Origin: Acidobacteriota bacterium
GTDB taxonomy: Bacteria; Acidobacteriota; UBA6911; RPQK01; JADFOI01
NCBI GenBank assembly: GCA_963663035.1
Contig: OY760074.1
Location: 3,296,001 to 3,360,000, forward strand
DNA: 64,000 nt
Direction of reading: 5' to 3'
This document shows, piece after piece, positions 1-9,641 of the stretch. A program made the position numbers and the translations under genes. Position 1 is the first letter of the stretch. Each line of letters starts with the position of its first letter. Under the pieces are notes generated by a model. The model was not told the origin of the DNA. It saw nothing but the letters and a program-made list of their open reading frames with translations, and ran no database searches.

Positions 1-3000
1 GACACCACCCAGACCTCGATAGAGTTCCGAACCGGCCCCCGGGAAAAGAACCAGCGGCAGCATCGCTAGAACGCTGGTGGAAACACTCATGAAAATGGGC
101 CGAATGCGGTTTTCCACAGCTTTTCCAATGGCTTCGTCCGAAGGCAGCCCTTCTTCACGAATGTGGTTGAGTGACTGGTGGACGATCAAAATCGCATTAT
201 TCACGACTGTACCAATCAGGATGATGAAGCCCAGCATGGTCAGAACATCCATCGGCTGATAGGTCAGAAAAAGATTGATGGCCTTCAGCCCGAGAAAGCC
301 TCCCAAGGCTGCCAATGGTACGCTAAACATGATCACGAAGGGATAGAGAAAACTCTCGAACAGAGCCGAAAGTAAGAGATAGGTAATCACCAAAGCCAGA
401 ATCATATTCAACTGGAGGGCACGGCCGGCCTGGGCCAGCTTGTCGGCGGTTCCGCTGAGGGACACGCGGTATAGACCGCCCAATTGGCCAGCCTCCGTCA
501 TGGGTCCGAGAACTTGCTCTTCGATCAGCTCCATCGCCAATTCGATGGGCATCCGTTCGGCTGGGTTCACGCGCAGCGTAATGACTCGCTCCCGCTCACG
601 GTGGTTGATCTGTACCGGTCCATCGACTCGGGAAATCTCTGCCACTGAACCAAGCGTGACCAGCTGCCCCGATGGAGTGGCGATGGGCAGCTGCTCAAGC
701 AAATGGGTGCGTCTCTCGTAATCCTCCTCCAACATGATCTTCAGATCGATTTCCTGGCTCTGGTATCGAAAATCACTGGCTTTGACTCCGTCAATGAGTG
801 CGCTGACCGTAAAGCCGAGATCCCGATTGGAAAGGCCCACTTCAGCCGCTCTTTGTCGGTGGATCAACACTTGAAGTTCGGGGTTTCCAAGGTCCAGACT
901 CGGAATGGGAAGGATCTGGGCATCCGGCATGATTCCCAGCAGCCTGCCAAATGCCTCGCCCCCCAGCTCAATGAGTCTTTCCAGCTCGGGGCCCGTAAAT
1001 TCGATGTCGATGTTTCGCCCCTCGTTCATGGCGGTCTGAAAAATACTGTACTGGCTGAGTACCACAAACGACCCGGGAAGCTGGAAACCGACCTTCTGAA
1101 ACTCTGGAAGCAGTTCCCGAACCCGCAGCGGATCGCGCGATTGCACTCCCATGAAAGCACTGTCACTCAGGGCCACGGTAAAGAACCCACTGATGCCGCC
1201 CCCCGGCTGGGCCTCAGCTTCAGGGGAACCGGGTGTACTTTCCCACAGATGTGAGAGCGCCTGCACATAGGGTTGGCGCATCTCGGCGACTTGATCCACG
1301 CTGTAGCCTGGCGGGGGAAGGATGAAACCGAACAGGAAGTTCTGATTTCCCACCGGTAGATACTCTGCACTGGGCATGAGCCGATAACTGAATCCGAGGG
1401 CGGCAGCGGTTAAAATGACGATCACCGCCAGGCGCGCCAGTGTCGATCTGTTGATCCAGGTGACGACATGGACGATCAGGCGGGTAAAGGCCCGGCCTGG
1501 GTGGAACCTTCTCCAGGTGCTGGAAGGAACACCAGCATCGGACTTGTTCGTTCCCGCTTTCAGGATTTTAGCCGACAGGGAAGGGATCACGGTGATGGAA
1601 ACGATCAAACTCAGTCCCACTGCACAGGTGACAGCGATGGCGATGTCGCCAAAGAGTTGACCCACTTCCTCCTGCATGAAAGCTATCGGCAAAAAGACGG
1701 CGATGGTGGTCAGGGTGCTGGCCAGAACCGCCCCCCACACTTCTCTGGTGGCCTCAAAGGCTGCCCTCCGGCGAGACTCTCCACCCTGGCGATGGCGATG
1801 GATGTTCTCCAGCACCACGATGGAGTTGTCCACCACCATGCCAACGGCAAAAGCCAGACCCGCCATACTGACCACGTTCAGTGTCCGTCCGAACCAGTAC
1901 ATCATCAGCAGGCTGCCGACAAGGCTGATGGGAATGGCCACAGAGATGATCAGTGTGGAGGAAAAGCTGCGCAAAAAGAGAAGCAGTACCAGGATAGCCA
2001 GAATCCCCCCAATAAAGAGGCTCTGACTAACCAGCTCTATAGCGCTGTGGATGTATTCTGTCTGGTCGTAGACCTGGGCCAACTCCAAGCCCCGGCCAGC
2101 CAGCAGGTCGCCGTTAAGGCGCTCGACGGTCTGCTTCACTTCGGCCATCACCTGGAGGACGTTTGCGCCGGGCGTCCGGATGGCGTTGAGGATGATGATC
2201 TCTGTGCCCATCATAAAGACCCTGGCCGCCGGTTTGCGGAAGCCGAGTTCGGCCCGAGCCACATCTCTTAGGTAGACGGGAATCCCGTTGCGAACCGCCA
2301 CAACAATGTTTTCGATATCTTCGGTCGAGCGATATTCGCCTACCGTGCGAACGATATAACGGCGTTTTCCCTCCTCGAAGTCGCCGCCGCTGTAGTTGCG
2401 ATTTTCCCGGTCCAAAGCGTCGCCCAGTTCATTGATCGTCACCCGGCGAGCGGCCAGCTCCGCAGGATCGAAGATGACCTGCATTTCACGCGGCTCTCCC
2501 CCGTAGAAGTTGGACTGGGCCACTCCGGGAACCCGTTCCAGCTCGGGCTTTATCGAATCGTTCACAAAGTCATACAGTGAGACAATATCTCCCACAAAAC
2601 CGCTCTCTTGAGTGGGGCGAAGCGCGAACCAGGCCATGGCACTTTCGTCAACATTGGTAGTGGCGAGAACCGGCTTTTCCGCGTTATCCGGATAGGCGGG
2701 AACCTGTTCTAGCCGATTGGCGACCTGCAAGAGCGCGGTATCGCTCCTGGTGCCCACCACGAAGGTCAGGGTCAGGGTACCCGTGCTGTCACGGCTGGAA
2801 CTCTCCATTTTGACCAGGCCTTCCAGCGATTTCAGCTGTTCCTCCTGCTCATCAATGATCTCGTGCTCAATTTCCTGGGGACTTGCTCCTGGCCAGAGAG
2901 TGGTGACCAAGACCCGGGGAAGTTCAACCTCGGGAGTCAACTGGACTGGAATTTGGGTCAAGGCCAGCCCGCCGAACAAGAGCATCAGGATCACGCCCAC

Positions 3001-3045
3001 GGCCGTCGTCACGGGATAACGGATGGATTCCTGGATGATCTTCAC
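1..3045 (-). CDS. RND efflux transporter permease subunit (AcrB/AcrD/AcrF family), runs off window start
   Basis: Not in the ORF track because it is open at the window edge. Reading the minus strand from GTG at 3045 gives MKIIQESIRYPVTTAVGVILMLLFG..., with RND hallmarks such as LAGLAFAVGMVVDNSIVVLENI. The start overlaps the TGA of the upstream adaptor gene (GTGA). Confidence 0.9.
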   Translation of the reverse strand, partial: MKIIQESIRYPVTTAVGVILMLLFGGLALTQIPVQLTPEVELPRVLVTTLWPGASPQEIEHEIIDEQEEQLKSLEGLVKMESSSRDSTGTLTLTFVVGTRSDTALLQVANRLEQVPAYPDNAEKPVLATTNVDESAMAWFALRPTQESGFVGDIVSLYDFVNDSIKPELERVPGVAQSNFYGGEPREMQVIFDPAELAARRVTINELGDALDRENRNYSGGDFEEGKRRYIVRTVGEYRSTEDIENIVVAVRNGIPVYLRDVARAELGFRKPAARVFMMGTEIIILNAIRTPGANVLQVMAEVKQTVERLNGDLLAGRGLELAQVYDQTEYIHSAIELVSQSLFIGGILAILVLLLFLRSFSSTLIISVAIPISLVGSLLMMYWFGRTLNVVSMAGLAFAVGMVVDNSIVVLENIHRHRQGGESRRRAAFEATREVWGAVLASTLTTIAVFLPIAFMQEEVGQLFGDIAIAVTCAVGLSLIVSITVIPSLSAKILKAGTNKSDAGVPSSTWRRFHPGRAFTRLIVHVVTWINRSTLARLAVIVILTAAALGFSYRLMPSAEYLPVGNQNFLFGFILPPPGYSVDQVAEMRQPYVQALSHLWESTPGSPEAEAQPGGGISGFFTVALSDSAFMGVQSRDPLRVRELLPEFQKVGFQLPGSFVVLSQYSIFQTAMNEGRNIDIEFTGPELERLIELGGEAFGRLLGIMPDAQILPIPSLDLGNPELQVLIHRQRAAEVGLSNRDLGFTVSALIDGVKASDFRYQSQEIDLKIMLEEDYERRTHLLEQLPIATPSGQLVTLGSVAEISRVDGPVQINHRERERVITLRVNPAERMPIELAMELIEEQVLGPMTEAGQLGGLYRVSLSGTADKLAQAGRALQLNMILALVITYLLLSALFESFLYPFVIMFSVPLAALGGFLGLKAINLFLTYQPMDVLTMLGFIILIGTVVNNAILIVHQSLNHIREEGLPSDEAIGKAVENRIRPIFMSVSTSVLAMLPLVLFPGAGSELYRGLGGV

Positions 3046-4112
3046 GGTAAAGGATACTCCAGCTGCTCGGCTCGGACTCGCTGACCGTCCTGCAGGCGTT
3101 CATTTCCCTGGGTGACAACCTTGTCACCCTGAAGCGTCCCTTCTACCTGCACCCACCCTCCAACTCCAACCCCGCTTCGAACCGCGGTGCGGCGAACCGA
3201 ATCGTCTTCGTTCAACAGGTAGACAAATTGCTGTGTACCTTGGGTGACGACGGCATCCTTGGGAACGAGCGTACCGGTGTAGGGGTCGCCCATGGGAAGG
3301 GTGACGCGGGCCAGCATGCCGACTGCAATCCGACCCTGGGGATTGGAAAGACTCAGCTTAATGGGTAAGGTGCGTGCCTGTGGATCGGCCCGCGGGATGA
3401 TGCTCTGGACCTGGCCGTCGAACTCTATTCCCAGCAGTGACTCGAAGCTGATCCGGACTGGCGCTTTCATGCTGAGGGCATCAAAGTATCGCTCCGGAAG
3501 GTCCACTGACACCTCCAGCTGCTCCAGCGACAACAACTCCACCACCGCTCCTCCTGCTTCCAGCCACTCGCCGACCTGGGTACTTTCGACAACCACCACC
3601 CCGTCATAGGGGGCACGGATGGTCGTCTGTTCAATGTCGTGCTTGAATTGCTCGATCTCTGCCCTGAGCCGTTCAATTCGGCCCTGCCAGGCATTAAATT
3701 CGAAAAGGGCGTCGTCCAGCTGCTGTCGGCTGTAGACTCCGCCTTCGGACAGCTCGCGAGCTCGCTCGAGTGTCCTCTCGGCCAGCTTTTGGCGGGCTTC
3801 GTCTTCCTTCAGTTGGGCCACCGCCGCACGCAGCCGCAGTTCCAGACTGGTTTGTCGAAGCTGGGCCAGAACCTGTCCTTGTTTGACCTCCTGGCCTTCC
3901 CGAGCCAGGAAACTCTCAACCACGCCCGAGATTTCGCCGGCCACCGTACTGACCAGTCGCGACTCCACCGTGCCAGGCAGTCGCACCGATGGCTTGATGA
4001 GCTGAGAACGAACTTCGGTGAACCGAATCAAGACCCCTTCGGGGGCTTGCCCCAGGACAGGGAGCAGAGTGAAGCTCAAGAAGAGGCCGAGTCGAAACAC
4101 CGAGAAAAGCAT
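3042..4112 (-). CDS. RND efflux periplasmic adaptor (membrane fusion protein)
   Basis: N-terminal signal/TM, lipoyl-like halves (EGQEVKQGQVLAQL ... TIRAPYDGVV), coiled hairpin and LVPKDAV. Translationally coupled to the permease. Confidence 0.9.
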   Translation of the reverse strand: MLFSVFRLGLFLSFTLLPVLGQAPEGVLIRFTEVRSQLIKPSVRLPGTVESRLVSTVAGEISGVVESFLAREGQEVKQGQVLAQLRQTSLELRLRAAVAQLKEDEARQKLAERTLERARELSEGGVYSRQQLDDALFEFNAWQGRIERLRAEIEQFKHDIEQTTIRAPYDGVVVVESTQVGEWLEAGGAVVELLSLEQLEVSVDLPERYFDALSMKAPVRISFESLLGIEFDGQVQSIIPRADPQARTLPIKLSLSNPQGRIAVGMLARVTLPMGDPYTGTLVPKDAVVTQGTQQFVYLLNEDDSVRRTAVRSGVGVGGWVQVEGTLQGDKVVTQGNERLQDGQRVRAEQLEYPLP

Positions 4113-4167
4113 GACATTTACTCAAGATAAATTGCTCACTACACAGTTCCAATCAGGAGACCCCATT

Positions 4168-5013
4168 CTACATGGGTTCATCTTCCCTGGCATTCTCCCA
4201 AACGAACTTGAGCAAACGGTAGAACTCGACTGTGCCTTCCTTGAGGTGTCCAAGCCGAATGGTTTGGCCAATGCGAAGACGAACCACGATGCCTTCGCCT
4301 CCTTGTTCACCGAGACCGATCCAGCTGATTTCCGCATAAGGGATTTCAGAGAGTTTTAGCAAGTACGTGACCATCAAATTCTCAGCGGTGACCGTGACTC
4401 GTCTGACACCAGGCCCCAGGGTACTAACCATGAGCGCCAAAAAGGCCCCTACCAGGAGCAAGTCACCTCCGGTCGCCCCCTCGCACCACATCCAGAACAT
4501 CGCAACAGTCAAAGCGACCACTAAACCTACCGTGAAAGAGGCGCGAACACCCGCATCTCGGTGAAACTCTCTCGGTAGCGACGAGTTTAGTGCGAGATTT
4601 TCAGTACGTTCCACGATTAGATCTCGCAGACGGTGGAAATTTTCCAACGCGTAATCCAGCATCACGGACCTTCCCTGGGCATCGGTCACCCTTAGTCTGG
4701 TCGTCTTGTGTTTCACACTTCGGATATCGAGCCACTTCAGGTGAGTTTTCTGACCGCGCACGACATGAGTGACTCCGCTATCATCCGCCACCACGTAGTC
4801 ATCAACATGTCTCAGACCCCAGGCTACCAGCCCACTCAAGCCTAGAGCTATTAAGGCCAGGGGCGCGATTGTCCAGCTGTTCTCTTTCGGATCAAGGACT
4901 GGCAGGAGAAAAGTATAGACAGTCAGAGCTAGAAAAAAGGCAAAGCCGACCCTGAATACCCCTTTGTACCCCTTCGGAAGCCGAAAGATGTATTGTCGTT
5001 CTTCTCTGGTCAT
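4168..5013 (-). CDS. Hypothetical membrane protein, two (TM-TM + PH-like) halves
   Basis: 281-aa ORF with four hydrophobic segments. Each pair is followed by a beta-rich segment (LKWLDIRSV / IPYAEISWI). Confidence 0.6.
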   Translation of the reverse strand: MTREERQYIFRLPKGYKGVFRVGFAFFLALTVYTFLLPVLDPKENSWTIAPLALIALGLSGLVAWGLRHVDDYVVADDSGVTHVVRGQKTHLKWLDIRSVKHKTTRLRVTDAQGRSVMLDYALENFHRLRDLIVERTENLALNSSLPREFHRDAGVRASFTVGLVVALTVAMFWMWCEGATGGDLLLVGAFLALMVSTLGPGVRRVTVTAENLMVTYLLKLSEIPYAEISWIGLGEQGGEGIVVRLRIGQTIRLGHLKEGTVEFYRLLKFVWENAREDEPM

Positions 5014-5273
5014 CGAACGTCAGCGAAGATTCGAAAAGATCTCTGCCCCCTTGTTTCCTGCCCTATTAGCTTAGCCGAAGGAGTGCATCGGCTGACGAGT
5101 CAGCCTACCTGACAAGGTGATACCCATCACAGCCTGCTAGCCTATCGCTGTGTAGACTGCTCTGGAGGTTACACCTCGCATCTGTTTCGAAAGTGGACTG
5201 TGGATTTGGATAGATGGAAACAGATTCTGTAAACATTCCCAGAGTTACAGTACAGGGGTTATCTCCTTTAGCG

Positions 5274-5591
5274 ATGGCACTGATTGCGGCCATTCTGGTA
5301 CCGCTGTTGGAAGTGCTTGTCTTGGATTGGGACCTATTTACGATCATGTTTATCTTCTGACTGGAGAACGCTGTCGTGGGTCTGTATAAGGCCTTGAAGT
5401 TACTTTTTTTCTGTACCTTGGAAAGCTTCTTCCTGAGCCACGGTGTGTCCTTTTCTTATAACTTCGTTGGGAAGCAGGACTTTCTCCGTACGGAACCCGA
5501 AGGGCAAATGATGGCGCCCTATAAGAGGATTGCTTTGATGCATTTCACGGTCCTTTTTGGGGGCATCGGCTTTCAAACAGCACGGCGCTAG
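5274..5591 (+). pseudogene. DUF6498-like membrane protein pseudogene
   Basis: ATG 5274 reads MALIAAILVPLLEVLVLDWDLFTIMFIF*LENAVVG. The TGA at 5358-5360 sits where the family usually has W (WLEN). Later SHGVSF...MAPYKRIALMHFTVLFGG follows. Appears internally deleted and truncated. Family recognised from memory. Confidence 0.55.
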
Positions 5592-6001
5592 CTGGCAGGG
5601 CTGACAGTTCTTCTTCTCACCAATAGCCAATGAGGTAGAAACACCAGCACATCAATCACCAGTACAATGGCCATCATCGTAAGGCTTTGCCCCGCTCTCC
5701 TCTGCTCTGACCTGAGTGCCGTTTGCTAGCTTGCTTCCCGCTGTCTGGTTTGCTCCTCTTCTGACTGTTCTGTCGGTCCTACAGGAATCGCTGGAGAAAT
5801 TCCACGAAATTCTCTAACAGAAGTGGGTCTAAACGCCTCATTTGACTGATGTCTCTCGTATTCGTACGCACTGAGGGTAAACTCCGGATTAGCGATCTGT
5901 ATCAGATCATAAACCCCAATTCCTAGCGCAGTGATCAAGCAGAGCAGTGCTACAAAGCATATGGCTAAGGCGTAGACTTCAAGAAGTGTTTTTTTCATCA
6001 T
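5588..6001 (-). pseudogene. Small two-TM hypothetical protein with in-frame TAG
   Basis: MMKKTLLEVYALAICF...TRQREAS stops at TAG 5726-5728. The same frame continues QTALRSEQRRAGQSLTMMAIVLVIDVLVFLPHWLLVRRR... to a stop at 5588, giving a second TM helix. Confidence 0.55.
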
Positions 6002-6221
6002 GTGAGTGCCCATTTCCAAAATCGAACAATGCATCCTACGGTCAGTGAAAAATCTAGCACAAAGCTCAAGACGTTGACGCTCATTGAAAAGTTTCAAAGG
6101 TGAGCCAGCCTTGTCGAATTTCCAACAAAAGTCTTCATCCCTTGTCGCAGAGACACGCAATTTCTACCACATTTCTAGCACAGATTCTTATTTACTCCTG
6201 TGCTACCATATCCTCATTCCT

Positions 6222-8114
6222 ATGATGCGAAACCGTTCTCGATTCGGCCCGTTTCTCGCCGCGCTGGTTCTCCTTCTGTTGGCGTCCACGGTCAACGCGC
6301 AGGAAGGCGATCGCGCGCAGATCCCGGAGAAGTACACCTGGGATCTCACCCACCTCTATCCCACCACCGTCGCCTGGCGTTCGGCCAAGGACGCTCTACA
6401 GGCAAAGATCCCCGATCTCGGCGGTTTCAAGGGCCAACTAGCGACCTCAGCGGAAACGCTGGCCGACGCGCTCGACAGGATGTACACGCTAGACAAGGAT
6501 CTGGCGCGACTGGCGGGCTATGCGAGCATGCTGGCCGATCAGGACACACGCGATTCCGAGCACCAAGGCATGCGGCAGGAGATACAGCAGCTCAGGGCGG
6601 CATTCAGGGCCGAGGTCTCGTATTTGCGCCCCGAGATCCTTCGAATCGACACGGTGCGGCTGCAGACATTCCTGGCCTCTGAGCCCCGCCTCTCGGTCTA
6701 CCGCTTCTTCATCGAAAACGTGGTCCGCCGGAGAGCACATGCGCTCGATGATGCGGAAGAGAAAATTCTCGCCGACGTGGGGCCCCTCTCAACCTCCGCG
6801 TCGAGTATCTTTCGCATCCTGTCCAATGCCGACCTGCCCTACCCGACGGTGACGCTTGGAGATGGCCGCACTGCCAGGCTCGACCAGTCTGCCTACACCG
6901 AGCTTCGCGCGCTGCCGGACCGATCCGATCGCCAGAAGGTGATGTCGTTGTTCTTTCAGACGCTGGGAAGCTTTGGCCGCACCTTCGGGACCACCATGAA
7001 CGGCGAGGTCCAGAAGGTAATGTTCTTCGCCAAGACGCGGAACTATACTTCGGCGCTGGAAGCAACGCTCGACTGGCCGAATATTCCCGCGTCCGTTTAC
7101 ATGCGGCTGATCGAGGGCGTGAATCGCCACCTGGCTACTTTCCACCGGTATCTGAAACTTCGCAAGCGGATGATGGGGGTCGACCAGTTCCATTACTATG
7201 ATCTCTATGCGCCGCTGGTCGGGTCAGTCCAGCTCCGATACACGCCGGAAGACGCCCAGGCTCTCGTTCTCGCAGCTGTCGAGCCCCTCGGTCTGGACTA
7301 CGCTGCGGTCGTCGGGCGAAGCTTTCGTGATCGTTGGATCGACTGGTATCCGGCCGAGGGGAAGTGGGCCGGCGGTTACTCGACCGGTGCCGCTTACGAC
7401 GTCCATCCCTACATTCTCCTGAACTACAACGGCCAGTACGCGGACGTCAGCACGCTGGCACACGAGCTGGGTCATTTGATGCACAGCTACTATACGAACA
7501 AGACTCAACCATACGCGCTAAAGGCCTACCCGATCTTCGTGGCTGAGGTCGCCTCTACTTTCAACGAGGTGCTGCTCATGGACCATATGCTGAAGAACAT
7601 CCGGGACAGGGACACCCGGCTGGCGCTCCTCGGCAATTACCTCGAGAAGGTCAGGACGACGGTGTTCCGCCAGACGCTGTTCGCCGAGTTCGAGCTGGGC
7701 ATGCACGAGATGGCCTGGCGTGGCGAGCCCGTGACCGGCGAGGCGCTCTCCAGTCTTTACCTCAACATTACAAGAAGGTACTACGGCCACGACCAGGGTG
7801 TTTCGATTGTGGACGACTACGTCGCCCATGAATGGAGCTACGTTCCGCATTTCTACTCGGAGTTCTACGTCTTCCAGTACGCCACATCGTTTTCCGCCTC
7901 GATAGCGCTGGCCCAGAAAGCCAAAGCGAGCGGACCGGCCGGCGTCGAAGCGACCAAGCGGTTTCTTGCCTTCCTCGCGTCCGGTGGATCCAAGTATCCG
8001 ATCGATCTGCTAAAGGACGCGGGCGTCGACATGACGACTGACGAGCCACTAGAGCTCACGATGCGGGAAATGAACCGGGTCATGGACGAGATGGAGACGC
8101 TACTGGCGCCCTGA
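6222..8114 (+). CDS. pepF: Oligoendopeptidase F (peptidase M3B) with signal peptide
   Basis: IPEKYTWDLTHLY N-terminus, GGYS..HPYILLNY, HELGH zinc motif, AEVASTFNE, HFY..FYVFQYATS and SGGSKYPIDLLK. Start moved to ATG 6222. Confidence 0.9.
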   Translation: MMRNRSRFGPFLAALVLLLLASTVNAQEGDRAQIPEKYTWDLTHLYPTTVAWRSAKDALQAKIPDLGGFKGQLATSAETLADALDRMYTLDKDLARLAGYASMLADQDTRDSEHQGMRQEIQQLRAAFRAEVSYLRPEILRIDTVRLQTFLASEPRLSVYRFFIENVVRRRAHALDDAEEKILADVGPLSTSASSIFRILSNADLPYPTVTLGDGRTARLDQSAYTELRALPDRSDRQKVMSLFFQTLGSFGRTFGTTMNGEVQKVMFFAKTRNYTSALEATLDWPNIPASVYMRLIEGVNRHLATFHRYLKLRKRMMGVDQFHYYDLYAPLVGSVQLRYTPEDAQALVLAAVEPLGLDYAAVVGRSFRDRWIDWYPAEGKWAGGYSTGAAYDVHPYILLNYNGQYADVSTLAHELGHLMHSYYTNKTQPYALKAYPIFVAEVASTFNEVLLMDHMLKNIRDRDTRLALLGNYLEKVRTTVFRQTLFAEFELGMHEMAWRGEPVTGEALSSLYLNITRRYYGHDQGVSIVDDYVAHEWSYVPHFYSEFYVFQYATSFSASIALAQKAKASGPAGVEATKRFLAFLASGGSKYPIDLLKDAGVDMTTDEPLELTMREMNRVMDEMETLLAP

Positions 8115-8257
8115 AAAGCCCAAAGGAGTCGGTCCAAATGAAGCGTCCCCACCTCTCCCCGTAAAGACGCTTGTCGGAAAAGTAACACTTTAGTCGCTAG
8201 ACTTTTCTGGCACCTCCCGCTAGGCTTAGGCGGACCAAACTTAAGATAGGAGGTTTC

Positions 8258-8917
8258 ATGACGTTACGCATAGGTGCAGAAGCACCCGATTTCAGCGCGG
8301 AGACGACAGAAGGGAACATCAACTTTCACGAATGGATTGGGGACGGATGGGCGCTCCTGTTTTCGCATCCGAAAGATTTCACCCCGGTCTGCACCACCGA
8401 GCTCGGCGCAGTGGCCGGTCTCAAGGGGGAGTTTGAAAAACGTAATTGCAAGATCCTGGGCATCAGTGTGGATGGTGTCGCTGATCATCAGGCCTGGTCA
8501 AAGGACATCGAGGCGTCCCAAGGCCATGCCCTAAACTACCCGTTAATCGGAGATCCCGGACTCAAAGTGGTCAAGCTTTACGACATGTTGCCGGCTGAGG
8601 CGGGCGACACGTGTGAGGGGCGAACGGCGGCCGACAACGCCACTGCCCGGTCGGTTTTCGTGATCGGTCCAGACAAGAAGATTAAGGCAACGCTCACCTA
8701 TCCGATGAGTACGGGTCGCAATTTCGTTGAGATTCTCCGTCTATTGGACTCTTGCCAGCTGACGGCCACCGAGAAGGTAGCGACGCCGGCCAATTGGGAA
8801 CAGGGCAAGGACGTGATCATCCTTCCGGCGGTGTCCGATGAGGACGCCAAGGCGAAGTACCCAGACGGCTGGCAGCAGCCCTTGCCTTACATCCGGATAG
8901 TGCCTCAGCCAAAGTAG
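8258..8917 (+). CDS. Peroxiredoxin (Prx6/1-Cys type)
   Basis: FSHPKDFTPVCTTE, YPMSTGRNF and ATPANW motifs; AGGAGG RBS. Confidence 0.95.
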   Translation: MTLRIGAEAPDFSAETTEGNINFHEWIGDGWALLFSHPKDFTPVCTTELGAVAGLKGEFEKRNCKILGISVDGVADHQAWSKDIEASQGHALNYPLIGDPGLKVVKLYDMLPAEAGDTCEGRTAADNATARSVFVIGPDKKIKATLTYPMSTGRNFVEILRLLDSCQLTATEKVATPANWEQGKDVIILPAVSDEDAKAKYPDGWQQPLPYIRIVPQPK

Positions 8918-9028
8918 TCGAGAATTCGCAAACTGCTGAGAATCTTCCCTGACCCGCTTCGACCATCGCTCATCCGGTGACGTTTCGGAAGGCTTTTTCT
9001 GGAGGGGAGGGGCCTGCCCCGCACTCTT

Positions 9029-9502
9029 TTACTGCTTATCGAAAACCTCTACCCTGCTAAACGGCTTACCCTCCGAATTGGTCCCCATCGTTTTGAAGGT
9101 GAAGGTTTTTCCATCCAGAGAGACGGAGCGCATAAAAACCGTGATCAACTTCCCGCCCTTCATGGACATCCCCTCCAGATTATAGGCATCAATGCGCCTA
9201 TCCATCGTGGCGTCACTTCTGGGAGAAGGATTTGCCCTGGGGTGCTCTTCGCCGTCGAAAGCGAGTATGAGCTCGGTGTGGGACGATTTCCCATTGGCAT
9301 CAACCGTATCGCGGGTATTCTTATATGTATCTTCGCCCACTGACTCATACTGGTGTACCAGACTCCGCGGCGCCGGACCCGGGTCGTATATCGATTTGGA
9401 CAGATTGAGCTTCCAAGTACCGATCAATGGGTCGCTCTGCGCCCAGACACTACTAGCCAGGGCCAGGAAAGCCACGGCCGCAATTCCGCTGTACTTTTTC
9501 AT
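9029..9502 (-). CDS. Secreted hypothetical beta-barrel (lipocalin-like) protein
   Basis: Signal peptide MKKYSGIAAVAFLALASSVWAQ followed by DPLIGTWKLNLSKS ... VFDKQ. Confidence 0.7.
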   Translation of the reverse strand: MKKYSGIAAVAFLALASSVWAQSDPLIGTWKLNLSKSIYDPGPAPRSLVHQYESVGEDTYKNTRDTVDANGKSSHTELILAFDGEEHPRANPSPRSDATMDRRIDAYNLEGMSMKGGKLITVFMRSVSLDGKTFTFKTMGTNSEGKPFSRVEVFDKQ

Positions 9503-9641
9503 GGGCTGCTCCTTTACAATTTCTCCACGCATAGACTTCACCTGCCCGATAGTCTAGCCTCCTCATTAAAATAAAGATACACCTCCGCTTGAGTTTCCTA
9601 GGTGGACGAAAAGTGAACGGATGTCTTCACGAAAATGGCTC

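Noticed and set aside
77-3084. Many plus-strand ORFs in the first 3 kb
   Set aside because: They are antisense shadows of the minus-strand RND permease, which the track missed because it is open at the edge.
5358-5728. Stop-codon recoding (Sec, Pyl or alternative code) at TGA 5358 and TAG 5726
   Set aside because: All core genes use TGA/TAG as normal stops, the DUF6498-like gene has other lesions, and no recoding machinery is visible. Pseudogenisation is simpler.
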